In this document: positions 43,352-51,764 of the stretch, one piece after another
Numbering within the stretch: the stretch's first letter is position 1
Layout: each line of letters begins with the position of its first letter
Virus record (IMG/VR): IMGVR_UViG_3300036766_001847
Coordinates: 1-53,271 of that record
DNA length: 53,271 bases
Direction: 5' to 3' (one strand)
Source: a virus
Taxonomy: Duplodnaviria > Caudoviricetes
Program-made: the position numbers and the translations under genes
Notes under the pieces: generated by a model
The model's input: the letters and a program-made list of their open reading frames with translations, nothing else
What the model was told of the DNA's origin: nothing
Database searches by the model: none

Positions 43352-44130
43352 ACCAGCGCTGGAACACCGGCCGGGACAGCTACCGCCCCGCGGGCGAGCC
43401 GATCCGCACCACCGACTACGAGGTGTCGGAGATCGCCGGCGACACCGCGGCGAAGGCCTTCGTCCTCGCGCACCACTACTCGGGCAGCCTCCCCGCGACC
43501 CGGTGGCGCTTCGGCCTCTACCGCGCGGGCGACCTGGTGGGTGTCGCGGTCTTCTCGGTCCCGACGAACCCGAAGGCATTGCGGCCGCTCCCGGGCGACG
43601 CGGACTCGTCGACGGAGCTCGGCCGCTTCGTCCTGCTCGACGACGTCCCGGGCAACGGAGAGACCTGGTTCTTGGGCCGCTGCTTCGAGGCGCTCCGCCA
43701 CAAGGGGCTGACCGGGGTCGTGTCGTTCAGCGACCCGGTGGAGCGCACCAGCGCGTCCGGCGCGCGGGTGTTCCCGGGCCACGTCGGGACCATCTACCAG
43801 GCGCACAACGCGGTGTACCTCGGCCGGGCCACGGCCCGGACCCTGCACCTGCTGCCCAACGGAACGGTTCTTTCGCCGAGGAGCCTCCAGAAGATTCGCG
43901 CCCAGGAGCGCGGCTGGCGGTACGCGATCGAGCAGCTCGTCACCGCGGGCGCGCCGGCCCCGGTTCTGAGCGACGACCTCCGCCCCTGGCTTGGCCGCGC
44001 GCTCGCCGCGGTGACCCGCACCATCCGCCACGGCGGCAATCACAAGTACGTCTGGGCGCTCGACCGGCGCGCGCGCCGCGGCCTGCCCGCCTCCCTGCCC
44101 TACCCGAAGTTCGCGAGGCCCGCCGCCTAA
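43348..44130 (+). CDS. mom: Mom-family (GNAT-fold) adenine modification enzyme
   Basis: FVLAHHYS, LVGVAVF, ELGRFVLLD...NGETWFL, VVSFSDP, GHVGTIYQAHN. Confidence 0.85.
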   Translation: MNQRWNTGRDSYRPAGEPIRTTDYEVSEIAGDTAAKAFVLAHHYSGSLPATRWRFGLYRAGDLVGVAVFSVPTNPKALRPLPGDADSSTELGRFVLLDDVPGNGETWFLGRCFEALRHKGLTGVVSFSDPVERTSASGARVFPGHVGTIYQAHNAVYLGRATARTLHLLPNGTVLSPRSLQKIRAQERGWRYAIEQLVTAGAPAPVLSDDLRPWLGRALAAVTRTIRHGGNHKYVWALDRRARRGLPASLPYPKFARPAA

Positions 44131-44159
44131 CCCCCTTCCCCGCAGCCCCAGGAGCAACC

Positions 44160-44555
44160 GTGACCACGAAGCAGACCCAAGCCCCCGAACCCGCCGAGAC
44201 GGAAGAACAGGCCGAGCAGGACACCTTCGCCAAGGTGGTCGAGGCGATCGACTCGCTCGAATCGGAGCCGAGCCGGCACCTGTCGATCCAGATCGACGAG
44301 TGCGTCCGCGACGCCGTGCGGGCGGCGCAGACCAGCAACCAGAAGGCGAGCGTCACCGTCGTCCTGAAGATCAGCCCCGGCCCCGAGCGCCGGGTCTCCT
44401 TCGCGGCGAACGTCAAGGCGCAGATCCCGCGCCCTCCCGTCTCCGCCGCGACCCTCTACGCCGACGCCGAGGGGAACGTGCACGCCTCGGACCCCAAGCA
44501 GCACCACCTCGAGTTCTACGACGCCACCTCGCAGCACCCCAAGAAAGAGAGCTGA
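44160..44555 (+). CDS. Hypothetical protein, usual upstream partner of DUF2303
   Basis: AGGAG SD; KASVTVVLKI...VKAQIP...LYADAEGNV...DPKQ. Confidence 0.7.
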   Translation: MTTKQTQAPEPAETEEQAEQDTFAKVVEAIDSLESEPSRHLSIQIDECVRDAVRAAQTSNQKASVTVVLKISPGPERRVSFAANVKAQIPRPPVSAATLYADAEGNVHASDPKQHHLEFYDATSQHPKKES

Positions 44556-44558
44556 GCT

Positions 44559-45485
44559 ATGGAAACACCCAACTCCGCAGGACTGGCCGAAGCGCTAAAG
44601 CAGCTGATCTCGACCGTGCAGGCCGCCGCGCACGTGAATGTCGAGACCCTCACCGTCGATGACGGGCGCGGCGGGAAGCTGGGGGTGCCGGTAGCGATGC
44701 TCCCGACCACGGACGGGGGGATGACGGCGCAGTCGCTCCTTGGCGCTGTCGAGGCCGGGCAGTTGGTGGCAACGAGACTGCGTCTGGCCACCGCCGATGG
44801 CCCCGACCGGCGCACCGGCGTGGCGAAGCTCCAGTCGCTCGAGTCGTTCATCGCCCACGCGAACCGCTTCAAGGCCGAGTGCTCGGCTGTGTGGGCCGAC
44901 AGCAAGGCGCGGCTGCTCGTCTCGGTGCTCGACTACCACCCGGCCGGCCCGCTCACGAAGCCGAAGTGGGGGACGCACCGCGGGCAGTACCCGTGCCCGC
45001 TCTCCGAGGCGTGGCTGGCCTGGGGCGGCGTCGACGGCCGGGTGCTCAGCCAGGAGGCCTTCTCGGACCTTCTCGACAGCCGCGACCAGGAACTCGCCGG
45101 CGGGAAGCTGCCGAACGGGACCGAGGCCCCAACCCCGGCGTTCCTCATCACCCTGGCCAACAACCTCGAGGTGTACTCGACGGCGAACGCCAAGCGGGAG
45201 CGCGACGTTAACACCGGGAAGGTGCGCGTCTCCTTCTCCGAGGAAAAGGGCATCGTCGGGAGTGTGCAGCCGCCGCCGGCCTTCCTCGTGAACATCCCAA
45301 TCTTCCAGGACGGAGGGCCGCTGCCGCTCGAGGTGCGTCTGCGGGTCGTCATCGACGGGGGGCACGCGAAGTTCGCCGTTCAGATCCACGCGGCCGGCGA
45401 CATCCTGCGCACGGCCTTCGAGGGCCTCTGCGACAAGGTCGCGAGCGAGACCGCCCTGCCTGTCTTCGTGGGCGTTCCGGAATAG
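44559..45485 (+). CDS. DUF2303 (YfdQ-like) protein
   Basis: LESFIAHANRF, VLDYH, W..HR..Y..PLS.AW.AW, SQ.AF, IPIF. Confidence 0.85.
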   Translation: METPNSAGLAEALKQLISTVQAAAHVNVETLTVDDGRGGKLGVPVAMLPTTDGGMTAQSLLGAVEAGQLVATRLRLATADGPDRRTGVAKLQSLESFIAHANRFKAECSAVWADSKARLLVSVLDYHPAGPLTKPKWGTHRGQYPCPLSEAWLAWGGVDGRVLSQEAFSDLLDSRDQELAGGKLPNGTEAPTPAFLITLANNLEVYSTANAKRERDVNTGKVRVSFSEEKGIVGSVQPPPAFLVNIPIFQDGGPLPLEVRLRVVIDGGHAKFAVQIHAAGDILRTAFEGLCDKVASETALPVFVGVPE

Positions 45486-45492
45486 GGCCCGC

Positions 45493-45819
45493 ATGACCTG
45501 CCTCGGCCCCGTCACAGACTCCCACGCGGAGATGGCCTGCTCGACCTGCGGCGCGAAGGTTTGGCACTTCGCGTATCAGGTGGGCGGGGCCTTTCTGTGG
45601 CGGGCCGTCGAGCACCAGGCGACCTGCGGCCGCACCTGCTCGAACGGCTACACCGAGGGGCACGGCCACCAGCAGCTCGCCCACGCCGACCTTCACTGGC
45701 CCGGGTGCGGCCAGTGCGATCGGCTCGAGGTCGACCGGCTCAAGGGGATGATCGACAAGGAGCGCCGCCCCATCGTCCCCGAGAGCCGCTGGCCCTGGCC
45801 GTTCGGGGGCCGGCGGTGA
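45493..45819 (+). CDS. Cys/His-rich hypothetical protein
   Basis: CSTC, CGRTC, CGQC. Confidence 0.55.
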   Translation: MTCLGPVTDSHAEMACSTCGAKVWHFAYQVGGAFLWRAVEHQATCGRTCSNGYTEGHGHQQLAHADLHWPGCGQCDRLEVDRLKGMIDKERRPIVPESRWPWPFGGRR

Positions 45820-46013
45820 GCGCGAGGACCGTCGATAAGAATCTCGTGCGGGCGGCGTTTCGAGAGGCCGGCGCGCTTCTCTCTTCCGACTGCGACAGCG
45901 CTGACCTTCAATGCGAATCCGATCTTCCCCCGGAGGAAGCCGACACGGTGCGCGAGTTGATCCGCGCAATCGCCGAGGACCTGATGCGCAAGGGCGAAGG
46001 CGGCGGCCGGTGA
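45816..46013 (+). CDS. Hypothetical protein
   Basis: GTGA coupling on both sides. Confidence 0.5.
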   Translation: MSARTVDKNLVRAAFREAGALLSSDCDSADLQCESDLPPEEADTVRELIRAIAEDLMRKGEGGGR

Positions 46014-46324
46014 GCGCCGCCCTCAAGAGAATCCGGGCGTCCTGTGTCGCCCGGGCGAAGAACCGCTGCGAGTGCGGTTGCAACAGGTGGATTACCGCCG
46101 AGACCTGCCACCTGGACCACAAGTTCGGGAGAGCCCGCGAGGAGTCGGTCGAGAGCTGCTGGGCGCTGAGCATCGAATGCGACGACGAGCGCACCCGCAA
46201 CTACCCGTCCGCCGCAATCTGGTGGGCTCGGTACGCGCTGCACTGTCTGAAGCATCGGTACTGGAGCCACCTCGAGCGGGCCCTCACCGCGGTGCAGACC
46301 CAGGAAGCGAAGGGGTTCGCGTGA
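46010..46324 (+). CDS. Degenerate HNH-like protein
   Basis: RAKNRCECGC...HLDH...CWALSIECD; the canonical N and final H are not conserved. Confidence 0.6.
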   Translation: MSAALKRIRASCVARAKNRCECGCNRWITAETCHLDHKFGRAREESVESCWALSIECDDERTRNYPSAAIWWARYALHCLKHRYWSHLERALTAVQTQEAKGFA

Positions 46325-47424
46325 AGCTGGCGGAACTCAAGGCGCCCTTCCCGTGGTTCGGCGGCAAGTCGCGCGCCGCGGCCCTGGTCTGGGCGGCGTT
46401 CGGCGACGTGCCGAACTACGTCGAGCCGTTCGCGGGAAGCCTCGCGGTGCTGCTCGGCCGACCGACGCCGGCGCGCATCGAGACCGTCAACGACCTCGAC
46501 TGCTACCTCTCGAACTTCTGGCGAGCGCTGAGCGGGGGGGGGGCTGACGTGGTGGCCTCTTACGCCGACTGGCCCGTCAACGAGGCCGACCTACACGCCC
46601 GGCACCGGTGGCTGGTCGACCAGGTCGCCTTCCGGGAGCGGATGCACTCGGACCCCGACTATTACGACGCCAGGGTGGCAGGCTGGTGGGTGTGGGGCCT
46701 GTGCCAGTGGATAGGCGGCGGGTGGTGCGCCGGCTCGAACTGGGACGACCTCGAGGAGCGACCTCGAGGCCGGAACACCGCCGGCGAAGCCCGTCGGCCG
46801 AACCTCTACGCGAGCAACGGGGTGCTGGGCCAGCGGCTGCGCAAGCGCGACCTCGAGGGCGCTTCGACATGGCGAAAGCGGCCCCAACTTGGCACCGGCC
46901 GCGGGGTGGCCCGCCAGCTGCCGATGCTGCGCGGGGACTCGGGTGCGGCCGGCGCCGGCGTCCACGCGACGGGCCGCGCCGGTGCCGTGCAGGAGTGGCT
47001 GCGGTCCCTTTCCGACCGTCTCCGGTACGTGCGCGTCTGCTGCGGCGACTGGCTCCGGGTGCTCGGGCGCACCCCCACCGAGCGCATCGGGACCACCGGC
47101 GTGATGCTCGACCCGCCGTACGGCCGCGCCGCCGGTCGCGACCCGAGCCTTTACTCGCGGGAGAGCCTCGACGTGGCCGCCCGGGTGCGTGAATGGGCCC
47201 TCGAGCACGCCGCCAACCCGCGCCTTCGCATCGCCCTCTGTGGGTACGAGGGCGAGCACGAGATGCCCGAGAGCTGGCAATGCGTCTCGTGGAAGGCCGC
47301 CGGCGGCTTCGCCGCGGCCGCGGGCAACACCGAGAACAGCAAGCGCGAGCGGATTTGGTTCTCGCCGGCGTGTAACCGGCTCGGTTCGCACGGGCCGCTC
47401 TTCGACCAGGTCGTCACCGGATGA
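46321..47424 (+). CDS. Dam/D12-class N6-adenine DNA methyltransferase
   Basis: PFPWFGGKS, YVEPFAGS, ETVND, DPPY, RERIWFSP. Confidence 0.92.
   Translation: MKLAELKAPFPWFGGKSRAAALVWAAFGDVPNYVEPFAGSLAVLLGRPTPARIETVNDLDCYLSNFWRALSGGGADVVASYADWPVNEADLHARHRWLVDQVAFRERMHSDPDYYDARVAGWWVWGLCQWIGGGWCAGSNWDDLEERPRGRNTAGEARRPNLYASNGVLGQRLRKRDLEGASTWRKRPQLGTGRGVARQLPMLRGDSGAAGAGVHATGRAGAVQEWLRSLSDRLRYVRVCCGDWLRVLGRTPTERIGTTGVMLDPPYGRAAGRDPSLYSRESLDVAARVREWALEHAANPRLRIALCGYEGEHEMPESWQCVSWKAAGGFAAAAGNTENSKRERIWFSPACNRLGSHGPLFDQVVTG
46534..46543. repeat. G10 homopolymer within the Dam-like CDS
   Basis: AGC-GGGGGGGGGG-CT, currently in frame (SGGGA). Confidence 0.85.
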
Positions 47425-47858
47425 ACGAAGTCCCGGAGGGGAACATGCCGCAGCTCGAACCACCGAAGTGCGACCACAAGGGAGGAGACCGCTACTGGTG
47501 CGCCACCTGCAGGCCCTCGAGGCAGCTCTACGACGGGACCACGGGCATCGGTTGCGCCACGGTGCCGACCGAAGGGTTCCGGGACCCAGAGACCGGACTG
47601 CCGATCATCGGACGGCCGACCGGCCCAAGCATGGTTCGGCTCGACATCCCCGGCGGGAAGCCGTGCGAGAAGTGCGGCGGGGCGGCCTACGCCGAGCTGA
47701 AGGTGAGTCGTGGCGGCTGGCAGGCCGGGAGTGGCTACTGGCACGCCGCGGACTGCGCGACCCACTTCTGCCCGCACGGGGTCCGCTGGGCCACCGAGGA
47801 GTGCGCGAGGTGCGAGGCCGAGCGCATGGCCGAATGCGAGGGGGACGACGGTGGGTGA
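47421..47858 (+). CDS. Cys-rich hypothetical protein
   Basis: CATC, CEKC, CPHG...CARC. Confidence 0.6.
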   Translation: MNEVPEGNMPQLEPPKCDHKGGDRYWCATCRPSRQLYDGTTGIGCATVPTEGFRDPETGLPIIGRPTGPSMVRLDIPGGKPCEKCGGAAYAELKVSRGGWQAGSGYWHAADCATHFCPHGVRWATEECARCEAERMAECEGDDGG

Positions 47859-48840
47859 GACGACGAAGATCTCCTGGTGCGACTCCACCTTCAACCCCTG
47901 GGTGGGCTGCACCAAGGTGAGCCCCGGGTGCACCAACTGCTACGCCGAGGTGCAGGACCATCGCTGGGGGCATGACCGATGGGGCCCGGGCAAGGCGCGC
48001 GAGCTCACCAGCAAGGCGAACTGGGCGCTGCCCATCCGGTGGAACGCCGCCGCGGCGAAGGCCGGAGTCCGCCGGCGGGTGTTCTGCGGGAGCCTCTGCG
48101 ACGTCTTCGACCCGGAGGCCCCGGTCGGAGGGCGCGCGCGGCTCTGGGATCTGATTCACGCCACCGATCACCTGGACTGGCTGCTCCTCACGAAGCGCCC
48201 GGAGCGCTTCGGGCCGGAGTTGCCGCTCGGGTGGCACGAACTTGGGTGGCCGCGCAACGTGTGGCTTGGCGTCACCGTCGAGAACCAGGAGCAGGCCGAG
48301 AAACGCATTCCCCTTCTTCTGGAGCAAGACGCGGTGGTGCGGTTCCTGTCTTGTGAGCCGATGCTTGAAGACGTTGGGTTAAATCGCCACCTCGGCATCT
48401 ACACGCACAGCGGCACCCCGTGCTGCATCGATCGGCCCGGTTACCACGCGCTCGCCGCGACCGACCGGGGCGGGCCGGGAAGGACCGGAATCGACTGGGT
48501 CATCGTCGGCGGCGAGAGCGGCTCGCGGGCGCGATCGTTCAGGCCGGCGTGGGCGCGAGGCATCCGCGACCAGTGCAAGGCGGCCGGGGTGCGCTTCTTC
48601 ATGAAGCAACTCGGCGCGCACGTCATCGACCGCAACGACGCCGGGTTCGACGGCGAACCGGGCGATTCGTGGAACCTCAAGGGCGAGTTCGGGCGCGTCG
48701 AGGAGGACCTCGACGGCACGCGCGACGGGTACCAGGGAGCTCCGGTCCGCGTTCACCTGAAGGACGCGCGCCACGGCGGCGACATCGAGGAATTCCCGCC
48801 GGACCTCCGCGTGCGGCAGTTCCCGGAGGTGCGCCGGTGA
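47851..48840 (+). CDS. DUF5131 (phage Gp37/Gp68, radical-SAM-like) protein
   Basis: TKISWCDSTFNPWVGCTKVSPGCTNCYA, LLTKRPE, FLSCEP, WVIVGGESG, FFMKQLG. Confidence 0.92.
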   Translation: MGETTKISWCDSTFNPWVGCTKVSPGCTNCYAEVQDHRWGHDRWGPGKARELTSKANWALPIRWNAAAAKAGVRRRVFCGSLCDVFDPEAPVGGRARLWDLIHATDHLDWLLLTKRPERFGPELPLGWHELGWPRNVWLGVTVENQEQAEKRIPLLLEQDAVVRFLSCEPMLEDVGLNRHLGIYTHSGTPCCIDRPGYHALAATDRGGPGRTGIDWVIVGGESGSRARSFRPAWARGIRDQCKAAGVRFFMKQLGAHVIDRNDAGFDGEPGDSWNLKGEFGRVEEDLDGTRDGYQGAPVRVHLKDARHGGDIEEFPPDLRVRQFPEVRR

Positions 48841-49034
48841 TCTGCCCACACTGCCGTCTGCATTTCGGCCCCGGCGGCCACGAAAACCAGATCTACTGCT
48901 CCGAGCGGTGCGAGCGCGCTGCAGCGGAGGCACGTCGCCAGCGGAAGAGGCAGCCATCGCCGCGGTTCGGGAAGAAGGGCGGCCTCACGCCCGAGCAGAT
49001 CGCCTGTCGTCGAGCAGTGGGGCTTCCGGTATGA
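48837..49034 (+). CDS. Small Zn-finger protein
   Basis: CPHC...YCSERC. Confidence 0.6.
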   Translation: MICPHCRLHFGPGGHENQIYCSERCERAAAEARRQRKRQPSPRFGKKGGLTPEQIACRRAVGLPV

Positions 49035-49411
49035 GCTGGTCAGAGATCGACGCGCTCAAGGAGGTCTACCGGGTGGTGCGCAAGCCCACCGCGTGGCTGA
49101 GTCTGCACAACCGCGGCATCAAGCACCAGAAGCCCTTCGCCTCGGTGGTCCTCGAGTACCCAGGCAGCCGGGCCGGCTACACCTGCCGGGTCCGCTGGGA
49201 CGCCGAGCGCCGCGAGCTGGTCTTCACGCTGATGCTGAGGAAGCCGATCCTCTGCCGGGCGATACCACTGCGGAGCATCCCCAACGCGACCGAGCCTCTC
49301 GAGGTCGCCAACCGCTCGCGCCGGGACTCGTGGGGCCGCCTCTCGCTCGACCAGCTTGCGACCCTGCTGATCGCGTTCACCACCGCCTACCCCCTGGTGG
49401 ACCTTGGCTGA
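49031..49411 (+). CDS. Hypothetical protein
   Basis: ATGA coupling. Confidence 0.55.
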   Translation: MSWSEIDALKEVYRVVRKPTAWLSLHNRGIKHQKPFASVVLEYPGSRAGYTCRVRWDAERRELVFTLMLRKPILCRAIPLRSIPNATEPLEVANRSRRDSWGRLSLDQLATLLIAFTTAYPLVDLG

Positions 49412-49961
49412 CCGCCCCCTCGCCCCGCACGACGTCGAGCGGCACCTCATCCTGGGCCTCACGGTGCGCAACCCTTGGGCATGGGGCCTGGCGAAGGCGA
49501 TCAAGCCCCTCGAGAACCGCACCTGGGCGCCCCCGAAGGTCTGCCTGGGCAGGTACATCGCCATCCACGCCGGAAAGACGCTCGACGCCGAGGACGGCAT
49601 CGCCGCCTTTCGAGACTGCCTCAACCACCCGCTGGTGAAGCCGAAGGTGCTCGAGCGCCTGGGCGACGACGGGCACGTGAGCCTGGCGATGATGCCCATG
49701 GCGAGCGTGTTGGGGGTCGGCCGGCTCGCCAAGGTAGTCGAGGACCCGGACGAGCTCACCCCCGAGCAACGCGTGTGGTGGGCGGGCCCGAGGGTTCGAA
49801 CCCCGGGGCAGCCCCACTTCGGCTGGCTCTTCGACGACGTCGTGGAATTCCCCCCGGTGCCCTGCAGGGGCTTTCAGAAACTCTGGGCCCTCCCACGGGA
49901 TGTGCTGGACCTGGTTCGTCCGAGGTACTTGGCCGCGCGAGCGGCGAGGAAGGTCGCCTGA
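49404..49961 (+). CDS. ASCH-domain protein
   Basis: LTVRNPWAW...KPLENRTW...IAIHAG, P.PCRG.Q.LW. Confidence 0.88.
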   Translation: MADRPLAPHDVERHLILGLTVRNPWAWGLAKAIKPLENRTWAPPKVCLGRYIAIHAGKTLDAEDGIAAFRDCLNHPLVKPKVLERLGDDGHVSLAMMPMASVLGVGRLAKVVEDPDELTPEQRVWWAGPRVRTPGQPHFGWLFDDVVEFPPVPCRGFQKLWALPRDVLDLVRPRYLAARAARKVA

Positions 49962-50713
49962 TGCACCTCCCGTTCACACAGATCGCTTCGGAAGTCGTCG
50001 ACCAGTCGGCGGCCGAACTCGCCGCGTTCCTGGCCATCGAGGAGACCACGGCCCTGGGGCAGCTCGTGTTCCTTTTCCAGGGCGCGCTGTCGCGGGTGCC
50101 TGAAGGCGAAATGCCCTCCGACCATGACCTGGTGGCCGGCCGTGCCGCGACGCGCCTGGTGGCCGCCTGGGCCCACCACCGGGGAGATCCGGAGGTGTTC
50201 GCCGACGCCTGCGAGCAGCTGAGCCACCCGGTGCTCGAACGCACCAAGGACGGCCTCCGCCTTCGAGGCCTGGACCGCTACGACCGGGTCATCAAGGAGC
50301 AACGCGCGCGTTCACAGAAGGCAAGGACTGCGGCAGCAGCCCGCTGGCAGACCCCGAGCAATGCCGGGAGCAGTGCTCAAGCATCGCCCGAGCAAAGCGC
50401 AAGCAGTGCTCCGCGATGCCTAGAGCGAGATGAAGATGAAGACGGAGAAGAAGACGTAGATCACGATCGCAGTAGTAGTTCCGGTACGAGGGGCTGTGGA
50501 AAACCTGTGGACGACGGTGGAAAACCGCCCGACCCGCCCGTCGGCTCTGGACAGGACGACCGCCCGGCGCGCCCGCCGCCGCGCTGGCTGAAGGCGATCG
50601 AGGTCCTCGACGGCGAAACCGAGGACGAGGCGCAGGCCCGCGTCGACGGCGTAGACCCGCCGATCGCTCCGCGCCAACTGGCGCCAACCGATCCGCCAGG
50701 GGGCTCGCCGTGA
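49961..50713 (+). CDS. Probable replication initiator containing the origin
   Basis: Helical N-domain, RSQKARTAAAARW, then a low-complexity linker encoded by 11-bp repeats; located upstream of RusA. Confidence 0.7.
   Translation: MHLPFTQIASEVVDQSAAELAAFLAIEETTALGQLVFLFQGALSRVPEGEMPSDHDLVAGRAATRLVAAWAHHRGDPEVFADACEQLSHPVLERTKDGLRLRGLDRYDRVIKEQRARSQKARTAAAARWQTPSNAGSSAQASPEQSASSAPRCLERDEDEDGEEDVDHDRSSSSGTRGCGKPVDDGGKPPDPPVGSGQDDRPARPPPRWLKAIEVLDGETEDEAQARVDGVDPPIAPRQLAPTDPPGGSP
50356..50524. repeat. Putative replication origin: five 11-bp iterons, purine tract, three DnaA-box-like sites
   Basis: RAGCANNGCNS at 50356, 50368, 50379, 50390, 50401; GA-rich 50423-50460; TGTGGAAAA 50495, TGTGGACGA 50506, GGTGGAAAA 50516. 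Confidence 0.65.
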
Positions 50714-51206
50714 CCTGGGGCCCCTGCTTCGTGCACCTGACCGCGCCATGGCCGCCCACCGGGGACAAGTACTGGCGGGTCGCGCGAAACCGGATGTACG
50801 TCTCTCCGGAGGGGAAGGCCTACCGGGCCCTGCTCGCCCGGCTCTTCCCGAAGCAACTGCCGCTACTCGGCGACCTGGTGATGAGCGCCACCCTGTACCG
50901 TCCGGCCGCCTCCGGCGACCTAGGGAATCGGCTGAAGGTCCTCGAAGATGCGCTCGAGGGCATCGCCTACCTGGGCGTCGCGCGCTCGCCCGCGACCGCG
51001 ATGTCTGGCGTTCCGACGAAGATCCGCGGCACCCGCGGGTCGAGCTCCATTTCGCCGGCGCGGCCTTTGGCACGCGCGAGCAGGTCTGTGCGGCCGCCCA
51101 GGCCAAGCACGTGGCGATCGTGAAGCGCCGTGCCACCTTGCGACGGAAGCGGTTCGCGCGCGCGCTCGCGGGCCACGCGCGGCTTCGCTCGGGGGTCTAC
51201 CGGTGA
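50710..51206 (+). pseudogene. rusA: RusA-like Holliday junction resolvase, frameshifted near 50975-51000
   Basis: PWPPT.DKYWR...YVSPEGKAYR, DLGNRLKVLEDALEGIAY; the C-terminal ...DPRHPRVEL is in a different frame. Confidence 0.7.
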
Positions 51207-51517
51207 GCCGGATCGACGGGGTCGACGACGAGCTCGAGCAGCGCTCTTGGCCGACCTGCCCAGGGTGCGGCGCGCGGGTCTACGACGAGTTCGCGCGGTC
51301 CCAGGGTTGCGTCGAGGAACACCAGGTCGGCTGCGGCCGAGGCATCGAGCGGTTGCTCGAGGTGCGCTTCGGTGCATTCGAGAACCGGCGCATGCTTCTG
51401 AACGACCCGTCGGGTCAGGACCTGCTCGTCGAGCTCCGCCAGCTCCACGTCGACCTCGTCGAGCAGCTCCGCGCGAAGGAACCCGTGGCAGAGGAGGAGA
51501 GCGCCGATGGCGCCTGA
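51203..51517 (+). CDS. Hypothetical protein
   Basis: GTGA coupling; CPGC. Confidence 0.55.
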   Translation: MSRIDGVDDELEQRSWPTCPGCGARVYDEFARSQGCVEEHQVGCGRGIERLLEVRFGAFENRRMLLNDPSGQDLLVELRQLHVDLVEQLRAKEPVAEEESADGA

Positions 51518-51764
51518 GCTCGTGATGGCCTTCCTGCTCGGGATGTACTTCGCCTGGTGGCTGCGATGGGCGTGGCGGGTGACGCGCGCGCGCTGGCACG
51601 GTGGTGGTGAACCGCCCGGAACGTCGAATTGCCGGGCGCGGCGCCTGGCGGCGCAGTGTGCTCGCCTCCGCCGACATGGGGATCGAGCTCGCCGAAGCAA
51701 ACACCCTCTTCTTCGAGGCGTTCTCGGGCGGGAAGCGGCCGTGGTGCGCATGGAGGCAATAGCG

